A stretch of 64,000 nucleotides of DNA from a virus. The notes under the pieces were generated by a model. That model was given only the letters and a program-made list of their open reading frames with translations. It ran no database searches and was not told where the DNA came from. The DNA lies in the IMG/VR virus record IMGVR_UViG_3300035698_011365, positions 1 to 64,000 of that record; one strand, given 5' to 3'. Shown here piece after piece: positions 16,665 through 27,800 of the stretch; positions within the stretch are counted from its first letter, which is position 1; each line of letters starts with the position of its first letter. The translations under genes were made by a program, and so were the position numbers.

Positions 16665-17746
16665 TGACAGATATCGTATTCACAATAGGAACAGGCAAAG
16701 ACTATAGCACTGTCTCTGCTTGTGCGAGTAATGAAGCCACTGACCTTCCAAGCGATGGCGACACACACACGTATAAATGTGATGCTGGAACTTATACCGA
16801 CAATACAGCTTTCTCTGGCTATACAGCAGACGCAACAAACTATTTAAGAATTACTTGCGCTGATGGTGATGAACATCTTGGTCAGCTTTCTGGTGGTGTT
16901 ATCTGGGATCAAGGCGGCGGCTCAACAGGTGTATGGCGACCCTTATCAGGCACTAGAATAACCTTTGACAATATTCATTTTGAAGACAGCGTTTTCCCAC
17001 ATGACAATAATGGTGGTTCTATATTTGATTGTTATAATATCATTGTAACCAACAGTGGTGGTGACGGCATTCCACCTTCTGAACTTCAGGGTGATGTTTA
17101 TCATATCATGTCGATCAATGCGGGTGATGATGGGATGTTCCTAAATGGGGTAGATAGCGCGTGGGGATGTGCTTCTATCGGTGCGGGAAATCGCGGAATA
17201 TACGGCGGTGCTTTAACAGATTGTTACTCAGTTGACAGCTCTGGCGATGATTTTAGTAATCCATCAAGTCAAACTAAATGTTTTGCATCCGATACAACGG
17301 GGACAAACGATAACGCCACATTGTATGATGATGCGACAAAAGGCTCTGCTTCAAGTGGTGATATAATCGTTACTGAAAGCGCATTGGCAACCTTTGATGG
17401 AACTTTGATTGATCACGCTAATAATGGTATTTTTGAAAGCGGAACAAACGCAGGAAAACCAACAAATGACATCGCGGGTGTTGCTAGGCCAAATCCTCCA
17501 TCTGTTGGCCCTTTTGAAGGTGGTAGTGTTGTATTAACTCGTGAGCAAGATAGCTTCCGAATATATACTGATGGTACTGAATCTGGCTCAGTTGCTGAAG
17601 AAGCACAGAATACAGATGCAACTATAGTTCCGGAGACTCCTTTTCAAATAAGAATAGGGATGCAAACTGTAGGTGATGCACCGGCTGAAGCTGCTAAACT
17701 CCAGTACCGTAAAGTTGGTGAGTCAGTTTGGAGGGATGTTGATTAA
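16664..17746 (+). CDS. Pectin-lyase-like beta-helix fibre/adhesin protein
   Basis: TIGTGKDYST start, beta-helix repeats, DIAG..RP..PSVGPFE motif. Confidence 0.7.
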   Translation: MTDIVFTIGTGKDYSTVSACASNEATDLPSDGDTHTYKCDAGTYTDNTAFSGYTADATNYLRITCADGDEHLGQLSGGVIWDQGGGSTGVWRPLSGTRITFDNIHFEDSVFPHDNNGGSIFDCYNIIVTNSGGDGIPPSELQGDVYHIMSINAGDDGMFLNGVDSAWGCASIGAGNRGIYGGALTDCYSVDSSGDDFSNPSSQTKCFASDTTGTNDNATLYDDATKGSASSGDIIVTESALATFDGTLIDHANNGIFESGTNAGKPTNDIAGVARPNPPSVGPFEGGSVVLTREQDSFRIYTDGTESGSVAEEAQNTDATIVPETPFQIRIGMQTVGDAPAEAAKLQYRKVGESVWRDVD

Positions 17747-20700
17747 TGGCCATTCTAGGTAGATGGACAGCAGGAACAACCACGCTAGACCCGACTACAA
17801 GTTGGGCCGCTCCCGCTAGTCTATTCACTACTCAAGCCAGAAACGATAGCTCCACATATACGTACACTGCCGCTACTTCCTTGATAGCTTTGCCGACACC
17901 TGTTGTTGCGGATGGTTACTTATTAAGAGCATCATTTGAGTACGAAGATACCAGTAATGGTCGTCTTAACCCTGTTGGTCGATTTATTCAAGCAAGTGGT
18001 ACTGGCAACTTTGTTAGTCAAACCGTATCTGGATATAACCGTGACACCTCAGAAGACAGATCGTATGTCCAAGTAACGGCTGTTGTTGATAGCCCGTCAG
18101 ATGGTGCAACATTCCAGTTCCAATGGAAGCGTGATAGTGATGCTCCTACAGGCGGTACGGTTGATAGTGTTATTGAAATCATACCGCTGTATTACTCCAA
18201 TATTGGTATGTACAGCACTTCCACGAATACAAGCTTTGCTACGATCACGAAAACGCAAGTGCCTGTTACTTCGGTGTATCAATCTGATACTGCGGCGATT
18301 GAGGTTTCCGGTGGTGTTGTAACGATCAAAAGCGACAATAAGAAATACCTGATTATTGGCGGTGTTTATGGTGAGGGTTATGCCGATGGTTCTCGTACTC
18401 AAAGGCTGATGGGTCTTGAATACGATGGTGTGTTTGATCATTCAACAAAAGGCTACATGTATTGCCGTAATTCTGCGAACGCGATGAACGGTGCGCTATG
18501 TTGGGATATTAAAGAACGTGTTACAACGGACATTGCTATTGAGCTACAAGCTTGGTGTGCTGATAGTCAAACGTATGCTTCTGATAATGGTGCTTCTGAT
18601 AACTTGGGACAAGCTCCTACTCTGTCCGCGCATAGTTTAGTTGTTATCGAACTTAATGACGATGCCGAAGCGTTTAAGACTTACGATAGTACAGGGCTTC
18701 AAAATGCCGCTTCATTGACTGATTTGAATGTGGTTCGTGATACTTCATTTGCTGATGCTGCTTCATTCGTAAAATCAAGCAATACGGGTATGAATTGCGA
18801 AGTCTCTATGGATGGCTTCTTCGGTGGTACGGTTTATAATGCCCGTTACTCTACAACAGGTTTAAGAGAGACAGTAAAAACCCACATCACTGTTGATGGT
18901 GTTGAAGATGTAACAACGAAAGATGGTAGTTATTCTCGTGGTTTGCAATCCACAACATCTACGTATGCGGGTGGTAGTAATCCCGGTGGTTTCATTGCGA
19001 TAACAGCCGACGAAGATGTTGGTATAAGTCACCAACGTATTACAGGTGGTGAAGCAGGAACGGGGCGAACAGGTGCAGGCGCTGTTGGCCTTTGGGGTCT
19101 TAACCTTGATACTCTTGAAGATGCTGGTGGTGGTGGCCCACAAACCCTAAATGCTACTGGTTTCGCTGTTCCCCTGCTTTTTGGTACTGCTACTATTACA
19201 GTTGCCACAGATGTAGAAATGGTACTTGGTTCAGCAACACCCGGAGGAACTACTTCTAGGCTTACTGGATTAACAGGGACATTTAGTGGTGGACGTATTG
19301 AAGAGACTGCTGCACAAAACCCTTCAACAACTACAGTTGATGTTGCTTCAGACGGACATCGTGAGGATGTTTGGTCAATCCAGTTTACAGGTAATGCTGA
19401 AGCTGGAGCAGATTATGAATTCCGTGCCCTGTACGGAGCTGATCTTGTCCCAGACACTGTAACAAATACCCCTACTGTTACTAATGCAGCTGCAACAGAT
19501 CAAGATTTAAGCTCCACCTCCTTAGCTATATCAATAGCGGTAGGAACAGCTACTTTATCTGTAGGATCGGTTAGTTTAGCTGCTTCAAGTATATCAATAC
19601 CTATAGTGATTGGGTCTGGTACTCTAACAGAAGGAGCAGTGTCCCTTGCCTCTTCTTCTGCTGCCATTCCTATTGCTATTGGAGATGCGTCACTAAGTAC
19701 AGGAGTCCTTGCCCTTAGCTCCTCATCTGTGATCTCGCCCATTGCAGTTGGTGACGCATCGCTAACACTCGGAGCTGTCAACCTAAGCGCAACATCACTG
19801 GAAATTCCTATAGTGATGGGAGACGCCTCTGCAGTATATGGCGCTTTATCTATATCAGCCACAAGTATAGATATAAATATAAGCATAGGAGATGGCGGCT
19901 TAACAGTAAGTGGTGGAGTTGAGTTAACAACATCAAGCCTATTAATTCCTATTACCGTTGGTACTGGTAATATATATGCGGCGCCACAGAATTTATCCAG
20001 TAGTTCAGTATTAATTCCTATTTCTATAGGAACTGCTGATTACACCCTAGGAACGACTTCATTATCTTCCAGTAGCTTAACAATTCCAATAGCAATGGGT
20101 GATGGGAGCATTACAGTTGGTGGAGTGAACCTTTCAGGTTCCTCTGAAACAATTCCTATTGTTGTTGGTGATGGTTCTATAGATTTGGGAACCACAATAT
20201 TAAATACATCTAGTGTAGAAATACCTATTGCAGTTGGCGGTGCAGCTATTGCGGCCGGAGATGGTGTATTAAATGCTTTCTCTGTAACCCAAGTAATTAC
20301 TGTTGGTGATGCGACCCTTGTTCAGGGTGATAACACACTCTCAGCAACCTCTGTAACCATGGATATAAATATTGGAGATGCTACTCTATCCAGCTCACTT
20401 ACGTTATCAGCGACAAGTGTAGAGATTCCTATAGTATTTGGTTCAGCTGCTTTAGATCTTGGGGATGGGAGCCTTAATGCTTCCAGTGTAACTATTGATG
20501 TTTCCATGGGTGATGCGACCATAAGCGCAACTCCTATTAGTATATCTGGAGCAACCTCTTTAGAAATTCCGATTATTCCTGGAGATGCAAATATAAACCT
20601 AGGTACACTAGGATTAGTAGCATCCTCTGCAGATATATCAGTTGAAGTAGGAAATGCCGGTATAACTGTAGGAGCTGTAACGCTGAGTGCAGCCTCTGCA

Positions 20701-21393
20701 GAGATCGTTATTGATTATGGTACTGCAACTCTTGATGCAGACAATGTTATAAGCGCTAGCAGCGTTGAAATGGCGATAGAAATAGGGAATGCAACCCTAT
20801 CTACAAGTACAGTGTTCCTCGCAGCCACCAGCTTAGAGATAGATGTTGATATTGGTGATGCAGCTATAGTATTCCCACCTGTATTCTTATCTGTAGATGG
20901 TTTGAATATCCCAATTGTTGTTGGTAATGCTTCATTAACGCAGTCATTCCAAAATATAGATGCAACAGGTTTAGAAATAGACATTGTTGTAGGTAATGCA
21001 GACCTCACAATAGGTACAGCAATCCTTTCTGCGAGTAGTGTAGAGATTCCTATAGAGATTGGATCAATAACACTATCCGGAGCCCTTAATGTATCTGCCT
21101 CAAGTGTAGTAATTCCGATAGTTGTTGGTGATGCTGACATAGATTACCACACCTTCTTAGCAGCTACCGGTATTGAAATTCCTATTGTAGTCAGGGGCGG
21201 AAGACTCTTATCAGAATTAGCCGCTTCAGAAGACAGAGGTATTGAAATTGAAGCGATCGACAGGACTATAGAGATTGAATTAATGGATAGGACGATTGAA
21301 ATTGAGTCCTTGGATAGAACAATAGAGTATGATATTCAGGATAGGTGTATTGAAATACAATTACTGGATAGAACAATCAATATAGGAAAGTAA
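17746..21393 (+). CDS. Large repetitive fibre/adhesin protein
   Basis: N-terminal globular domains, about 25 copies of a ~20-22-aa unit (LSATSLEIPIVVGDASLTLG), C-terminal 9-aa DRTIEIE repeats. Confidence 0.8.
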   Translation: MAILGRWTAGTTTLDPTTSWAAPASLFTTQARNDSSTYTYTAATSLIALPTPVVADGYLLRASFEYEDTSNGRLNPVGRFIQASGTGNFVSQTVSGYNRDTSEDRSYVQVTAVVDSPSDGATFQFQWKRDSDAPTGGTVDSVIEIIPLYYSNIGMYSTSTNTSFATITKTQVPVTSVYQSDTAAIEVSGGVVTIKSDNKKYLIIGGVYGEGYADGSRTQRLMGLEYDGVFDHSTKGYMYCRNSANAMNGALCWDIKERVTTDIAIELQAWCADSQTYASDNGASDNLGQAPTLSAHSLVVIELNDDAEAFKTYDSTGLQNAASLTDLNVVRDTSFADAASFVKSSNTGMNCEVSMDGFFGGTVYNARYSTTGLRETVKTHITVDGVEDVTTKDGSYSRGLQSTTSTYAGGSNPGGFIAITADEDVGISHQRITGGEAGTGRTGAGAVGLWGLNLDTLEDAGGGGPQTLNATGFAVPLLFGTATITVATDVEMVLGSATPGGTTSRLTGLTGTFSGGRIEETAAQNPSTTTVDVASDGHREDVWSIQFTGNAEAGADYEFRALYGADLVPDTVTNTPTVTNAAATDQDLSSTSLAISIAVGTATLSVGSVSLAASSISIPIVIGSGTLTEGAVSLASSSAAIPIAIGDASLSTGVLALSSSSVISPIAVGDASLTLGAVNLSATSLEIPIVMGDASAVYGALSISATSIDINISIGDGGLTVSGGVELTTSSLLIPITVGTGNIYAAPQNLSSSSVLIPISIGTADYTLGTTSLSSSSLTIPIAMGDGSITVGGVNLSGSSETIPIVVGDGSIDLGTTILNTSSVEIPIAVGGAAIAAGDGVLNAFSVTQVITVGDATLVQGDNTLSATSVTMDINIGDATLSSSLTLSATSVEIPIVFGSAALDLGDGSLNASSVTIDVSMGDATISATPISISGATSLEIPIIPGDANINLGTLGLVASSADISVEVGNAGITVGAVTLSAASAEIVIDYGTATLDADNVISASSVEMAIEIGNATLSTSTVFLAATSLEIDVDIGDAAIVFPPVFLSVDGLNIPIVVGNASLTQSFQNIDATGLEIDIVVGNADLTIGTAILSASSVEIPIEIGSITLSGALNVSASSVVIPIVVGDADIDYHTFLAATGIEIPIVVRGGRLLSELAASEDRGIEIEAIDRTIEIELMDRTIEIESLDRTIEYDIQDRCIEIQLLDRTINIGK

Positions 21394-21394
21394 T

Positions 21395-21715
21395 ATGAAG
21401 AAAACATGGAAGACTACGTTAGATCATGAGGGTGATCATACCTATAAAATAGATTTCAGTAAAGAAATGACGAATTTAGGACACACCCTACAATCAGTAG
21501 CGTTAACATTAAGCACAGCAGCAACTGCTGCAGGGCTTGTGGTCTCTTCAGAAAATATTGTAGGTGATGTCTATTACTGTAAATTCAGTATTCCGAATGT
21601 GTCTAATCAAGACTTTAGTTCAAAAGGACAGACCTTAGATATGGAAGTGATTTACACCTCTAGTGGGGGTGAGGTAGATGCATTTACTGCATCAATCCAT
21701 ATTAAAGATAAATAA
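21395..21715 (+). CDS. Fibre-adaptor protein (Gp77-like)
   Basis: D.E....YKIDFS.......TL.SV...beta-sandwich...IHIKDK, following a fibre that ends in RTI repeats. Confidence 0.6.
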   Translation: MKKTWKTTLDHEGDHTYKIDFSKEMTNLGHTLQSVALTLSTAATAAGLVVSSENIVGDVYYCKFSIPNVSNQDFSSKGQTLDMEVIYTSSGGEVDAFTASIHIKDK

Positions 21716-21770
21716 TTAATTGATTTTAACTATATAAAGCCTATATACTAAATTCTTTTAAAGGAATGGT

Positions 21771-22490
21771 ATGTCTACATTATTATCTGAAGAGCAGTTT
21801 ATTAAGGTGCTCCCCCCTAAGATGAGAAAGTCTGTTAACCCGGGTTTAATGAAAGCCATTAACGGAGTTATTAGTGATCCAACTATAAGGGATTCTTTCA
21901 GAGAAAACTTATTAAGCTATACGAGTGTTATGGCTGACGGTAAGTTTAAAATGCCACAGTATTTAGAAGCCGTGCATTATGTCAGTTATAAATTATTTGG
22001 TTCAAGCAATATAGAGGCTTACTGTAAAACCTTTCCAGACAGATATCAAAGATTCTTAGATAACGGTGTAACTGATAAAGCTATATCCAGTTATGTTAAC
22101 GCTTATAATAATGGTAAGCTTGTTAATCTTATTATGGAACAGACCATGGTTCCTACTTATATTCTTAATGCGGATATATACCAAAAAGCTATTAATACCC
22201 AAGCAGAATTAATGACCACAGCTAATTCAGAGAAAGTTAGATCTGATGCGGCAAACAGCTTGCTTACTCATTTGAAGGCACCAGAGAATACTAAGGTAGA
22301 ACTGGATGTCACAATCAAAGAAGACAAGTCAATTACTGATTTGCGTAAGACCACAATGGAATTAGTGGCCAAGCAGAGAGAGCTCATTAAAAATGGGGAT
22401 ATGAACGCTAAAGAAATAGCTCATTCTAAGCTATTGGTTCAAAATGATGCTGGAGAGTACGAGGAGAGCATGATTGACGTATCCCCTTAG
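21771..22490 (+). CDS. N4 gp69-like protein (putative terminase small subunit)
   Basis: YLEAVHYVSYKL, TFPDRY, SEKVRSDAANSLLTHLK motifs; directly upstream of TerL. Confidence 0.85.
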   Translation: MSTLLSEEQFIKVLPPKMRKSVNPGLMKAINGVISDPTIRDSFRENLLSYTSVMADGKFKMPQYLEAVHYVSYKLFGSSNIEAYCKTFPDRYQRFLDNGVTDKAISSYVNAYNNGKLVNLIMEQTMVPTYILNADIYQKAINTQAELMTTANSEKVRSDAANSLLTHLKAPENTKVELDVTIKEDKSITDLRKTTMELVAKQRELIKNGDMNAKEIAHSKLLVQNDAGEYEESMIDVSP

Positions 22491-24093
22491 TATTGAAACA
22501 GATCGTGATGATGATCATGTAAAAACTGTTGAAGAGCATGTTAATAGTATTGCTTATGGAACAGACGGAAACTATATCCCTAGCGACTTTGCACTAGAGT
22601 TTATCACATTTATTAAATTAGTGAATGGTGAGGCCGGGGAAGAGAACTTAACACCTGTATTACATTATAGAATGTTGGATCAAGTAAGAGGCAAGAGGAA
22701 GAACATCGTAAATATGTTGTTTCGTGGCGCCGCTAAGACTACTTTGTTGGGCGAATATCTGTTTTTATACTTGGGAGTTTATGGTTCTCTTCCCGACTTT
22801 GGTAAGATAGAGCTTGCTCTCTACGTATCTGACAGCATCGAAAACGGTGTTAAGAATATGCGTAAAAACTTAGAGTATCGCTGGGAGAATAGTGACTTCC
22901 TAAAAGAATATATACCACATACAAGGTTTACTGATGTCAGATGGGAATTTAAAAACAAAGCGGGCAATATATTTGTTGTCAAAGGATATGGAGCGAAAAC
23001 TGGTGTACGGGGAAGTAAAGAAATGGGTGTTCGCCCTGTGCTTGCTGTCTTGGATGACTTGGTTTCTGATGAAGACGCTAGATCGCCTACAGTTATTGCC
23101 TCTATAGAAGATACAGTCTACAAAGCTATCGACTATGCGATGCATCCTACCAAATCCAAAGTGATATGGTCAGGTACCCCCTTCAACTCAAAAGATCCAC
23201 TATACAAAGCGGTTGAGTCTGGTGCTTGGCACGTTAATGTGTACCCAGTGTGTGAGAACTTTCCTTGTTCTGAAGAAGACTTCAGAGGTGCGTGGGAAGA
23301 TCGCTTCACATATGAGTATGTTAAAGAGAAATATGATAAAGCTTTCAAGGCAGGTAAGATTGATACATTCAATCAGGAGCTTATGCTTCGAATTATGTCT
23401 GATGAAGATAGATTAGTCCAAGATACAGACATATCATGGTATTTACGTAAGACTGTTCTTGAAAATAAGAGCAGATTCAACTTTTACATCACCACTGACT
23501 TTGCTACGAGTGAGAAAACCTCTGCAGACTTTAGTGTGATATCAGTATGGGCTTATAATAATGTTGGTTCATGGCTCTGGGTGGATGGAATCTGCGCAAA
23601 GCAGCTTATGGATAAGAATGTTAATGATTTATTCAGATTGGCTCAGATCTACTCCCCTCAACAGGTAGGTGTAGAGGTATCAGGACAACAGGGGGGCTTT
23701 ATTCCTTGGATCCAAAGAGAAATGATGACACGTAATCAATACTTCACGTTGGCAAGCGAGAATAACAATAATAAGCCGGGAATTAGACCTAATACTAACA
23801 AGATGGAGCGTTTTAATGTTATGCTCCCTATGTTCAAGCAAAATAAGGTCTATTTCCCTGAAGAACGTAAAACCAGTCCTGAAATGGTTGAATGTATGAC
23901 TGAACTCTCCCTAGCAGCCAAGGGAGGCTTCAAGAGTAAGCATGATGACTTTATTGATACAATTGCTATGCTCGGTGTACTTAGTCCATGGAAACCTACT
24001 CAAGCAGGGGATATGCATGATAAAGATAATACGGGTTTGTGGGACATTGAAGTAGAAGAATCAAAAAACAGCTTGGGTTCTTATATAGTTTAG
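22474..24093 (+). CDS. terL: Terminase large subunit (N4 gp68-like)
   Basis: Walker A FRGAAKTT, Walker B VLDDL, nuclease motifs ITTDFA and KHDDFID. Confidence 0.95.
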   Translation: MTYPLSIETDRDDDHVKTVEEHVNSIAYGTDGNYIPSDFALEFITFIKLVNGEAGEENLTPVLHYRMLDQVRGKRKNIVNMLFRGAAKTTLLGEYLFLYLGVYGSLPDFGKIELALYVSDSIENGVKNMRKNLEYRWENSDFLKEYIPHTRFTDVRWEFKNKAGNIFVVKGYGAKTGVRGSKEMGVRPVLAVLDDLVSDEDARSPTVIASIEDTVYKAIDYAMHPTKSKVIWSGTPFNSKDPLYKAVESGAWHVNVYPVCENFPCSEEDFRGAWEDRFTYEYVKEKYDKAFKAGKIDTFNQELMLRIMSDEDRLVQDTDISWYLRKTVLENKSRFNFYITTDFATSEKTSADFSVISVWAYNNVGSWLWVDGICAKQLMDKNVNDLFRLAQIYSPQQVGVEVSGQQGGFIPWIQREMMTRNQYFTLASENNNNKPGIRPNTNKMERFNVMLPMFKQNKVYFPEERKTSPEMVECMTELSLAAKGGFKSKHDDFIDTIAMLGVLSPWKPTQAGDMHDKDNTGLWDIEVEESKNSLGSYIV

Positions 24094-24135
24094 AGTAATA
24101 ATTACTGATTAAATATTTAAGCAGAGGATTCAATC

Positions 24136-24837
24136 ATGCTACTTTCAGAAATCTTTGACCAGCTAACGTATGGTGAATTAAAGCAACTAGATATGGGTGG
24201 TGATGATGGTGGAGCTATAGATCAGAAAGATTATCCTCAAGTTGTTGCGCATGTTAACCTAGGTTTAACAGAACTCTATAAACGATTTCCTATTAAAATG
24301 AGAACAGTAACAATTGAACAAGATGCTTCTATTGGGACTTACTTTTTAGATTCTACTTTTTCTGCGGTGGATGGAACAGCAAGCACCCTGTATCTAATAG
24401 ATACTGTTGCTGATCGGTTTATAGATAATGTTTTAAAAGTAGAGAAAATCCGAGATGTAGACGGAGATCTACTGGATTTTAATGATGCTAACAGTATTAC
24501 CTCCATTAATACTTATGATTATAATGCGATATCTATTCCTAACCCAGTTACCGGTACATTCATTAGTGTAGAGTACCGTGCAGATCATGATCCAATTTCA
24601 CCAATTGAATTAGATCCAACAACTGTAGAAGTGAAGCTACCAAGAAGTCTACTTGCAAGCTTACTTCAGTATGTAGGCTATAGGGCGTATGCTACGACTC
24701 CACCTATTGATGGAGTTGACAGATCAGGGCAATATCTAGCTAAATTTGAGGCTGGACTCACAAAACTTGTTAACCTTGATCTTATCAACGATGTTGAGAA
24801 AGAGAATCAGAAGCTGTGGAATAATGGATGGCCGTAA
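24136..24837 (+). CDS. Head-tail adaptor (N4 gp67-like)
   Basis: LTYGEL, NLGLTELYKRF, VEYRADH, terminal NGWP; synteny. Confidence 0.88.
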   Translation: MLLSEIFDQLTYGELKQLDMGGDDGGAIDQKDYPQVVAHVNLGLTELYKRFPIKMRTVTIEQDASIGTYFLDSTFSAVDGTASTLYLIDTVADRFIDNVLKVEKIRDVDGDLLDFNDANSITSINTYDYNAISIPNPVTGTFISVEYRADHDPISPIELDPTTVEVKLPRSLLASLLQYVGYRAYATTPPIDGVDRSGQYLAKFEAGLTKLVNLDLINDVEKENQKLWNNGWP

Positions 24838-27800
24838 CCCCTAAAACCTCCAACGTCGGAGGTGTTCAAATACATGTTGATGCTGCCTATAATAATATTA
24901 AACAGGTAGCAGATAACCTAGAAGCATTACTAGCCTTAGAAAACTACTTCAGTAATATGAATGGAATTTATCTAGGGGAGTTTGCTTCTGCTCCTTCATT
25001 GAGAGGAGATACAACTGCTCTGCAGAATGGTGATCATTATTTTAATACTGATAACACCATTATGTACACTTATTTAGATTCTGCTTGGATTTATAGTCCG
25101 GTGTTTTACACACAAGCTGCTTTAAACACTGCAGTAGGAGCAGGCCCCTTTCATACTTGGGTTGCTTATGCAGATGATAACATCGGTACCGGTATATCAG
25201 AACAACCGGGAAGTAGAGAATATATAGGTTTTGCTTTAGGTAATTCAGTTGCTGCAGTTAGTATTTTAGATCCAGATATATTTAATTGGTCTAAGATCAC
25301 CGGAGCTGACGGCATTGATGGTGTCGACGGCGCTGACGGTGCGCAAGGAATCCAAGGCGACGCAGGAGCCGCTGGGTTAGATGGAGCAGACGGAAGTGAC
25401 GGAGCTAAAGGTGATCAGGGTGATCAAGGAATAAAAGGTGATACTGGAGACACGGGGGCTACCGGAGCCGCAGGCGGAACCGGTGCAACCGGTTCGCCGG
25501 GTATAACAGGAGATACGGGCCCTAAAGGGGATATCGGCTTAACTGGTTCTACTGGTTTAACAGGCCCTGCCGGAACTGATGGAGCTGATGGAGCAACAGG
25601 GCCTGCGGGTTCTGCAGGTGCTAAAGGTGATAAAGGTGATACTGGGTCTCAAGGAATCACTGGTGCAACAGGTCTCACAGGAGATAACGGAATTCCAGGG
25701 ACTGCAGGCTTAAGCGGAATAGCTGGCCCTGCAGGAGCAACAGGTTCTAAGGGAGACAAAGGTGACACAGGGTTAACTGGGTCTACTGGTGCAGCAGGGA
25801 TCGATGGAATAGACGGATCTGATGGCACAAATGGAACTAATGGAAGTACAGGAGCTACAGGAGCTACAGGTACTACTGGCCCAACTGGGGCTAAAGGAGA
25901 TACCGGAAGTACTGGTGCTACTGGTGCTGGAGGTTCAACTGGAGCTCAAGGCCCTCAAGGAATTCAGGGATTAACTGGAGATACCGGAGCCCAAGGAATT
26001 AAGGGAGATAAAGGAGACACTGGTGATGCAGGAGCAGATGGTTCTGATGGAAATGTAGTTATACAAACTCCTGTAGAACCTTCAAGTATATCTGTATATC
26101 CTTTAAGCGAATCTATAAGAATTACATGGTCTGTACCTAATTACTCAGGGCACTGGTACACTAAAATATACAGAACCACATGGGATGGCATTACTCCCCC
26201 GACTTTTGATGAAGGAGACTTCCTGCAGTCAGTACAGGGAGATTACTTTGACTACGCCGTAACTCCGGATACTGATTATTATTATTGGCTTAAACATGTT
26301 AATTTAGATGGAACAGAGTCTACTGTAAGTGGGGGCAACGGAACCAAAACACTAATAGGTGTCTCAGATGATATTGATTGGGTCACTCTATCTAATTTAG
26401 ATGCAGTTTTAGAAGCTAGATTAAATCAAATAGATACAACATTGATTGATGGTGAAGCAGGCTTATTAGGGGCTATGGCAGCTATAAGAGGTGAATATGA
26501 TATTCTTGACGCTGCTTTTGCTGATGTTGAGGATGATTTGATAGATGCATCAACAGGGTTATATAAACAGTTCAGTGATCTAAGTGAAGCTTATACCATT
26601 ACCGCAGGAGTTGTCGGAGACAACAGTGCCGGACTTGTTTTTGATGTAGGAGCTCAAGGAGCTCACTTCTTCTTTAAAACCAATGTGAATGGGCATATAG
26701 CAGGTTATGGGTTATCTAATACACTTAACGAAGAGGGTAATGCTACAGCTCAATTTGCTGTTTTAGCTGATGAGTTTATAGTAGCGCACCCAGATAATAC
26801 AGAGACTGTTCCATTTTATATATCTGGAGGAGTAACATATCTTACTGAAGCCTTTGTTAAAGAGTTAACTGCTAATAAAATAATTGCAGGTACTGTAGCC
26901 GCAAGCCAAATATATATTGGATCAGATCTCTTTGAACTTAAGGGAGATGTGAACTCTGAATCTAAAGGTGCGTTAATTATTCAGAATGTGGCCAAGACTA
27001 CTGAGTTAGTTAGATTGGGTTATTCTGCAGATGGGGCCAGTGTAGGTCTCTTCTTAAAAGATCATGCCGGTACAGATATTTTCACCGCAGGTACGACACT
27101 CGCAGGAGATATGTTAAACTCCGGAACGATATGGGCTGATGTATCAGGCACAACTGATGCTCCAGATGATAACGCTACAAGAGATGTTTACCAAGGTAAC
27201 TATGATGCTGGAACAGCATATATTGTAGGCGACACTGTTTTAGAGTCTGGTAACATATATAGAAATATTTTAGCCTCGACAGGTAATACACCGCCTAATG
27301 GGACATACTGGACGCTATTTATTACAGGTGGATTATTTAAAGATATTAAGTTTAAAGCAAGCGCCGCTGTACCAAGCACTCCTACAGGTGCTTCTCCGGT
27401 TGACTGGACAGATCATGTACCAGCAACAGGCGGAACAGTGTTCCAGTCATTCGCCCTTAAAGATCAAAATGGTTCTGTTATCGGGGCTTGGTCAACACCT
27501 ACAGTATATATTGGTAGATTTAAGGGTGCGTACAGTGGTGGTACGGATTATTTCTTAGGAGACAGTGTAACGCAAGGAGGCTCGACATATATTTGTTTAG
27601 ATGAAACTACTGATGGTATCTCTGGACAAGCCCCACCAACGGGAGCAGGAAGTAATACATATTGGGATCCTTTAGCTATTAAAGGCGATCAAGGTGATGA
27701 GCCAACGACATTTAATGAAACATTAACATGGTCTTCAGGAGCAAACCTAAATCTGAGAGATCAAGCAGATATTCTTGGTTATGATGGTGTCGGTGATGCA

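Noticed and set aside
25300-26050. Collagen repeats as a DNA repeat array
   Set aside because: Fully explained by Gly-X-Y coding with varied codons
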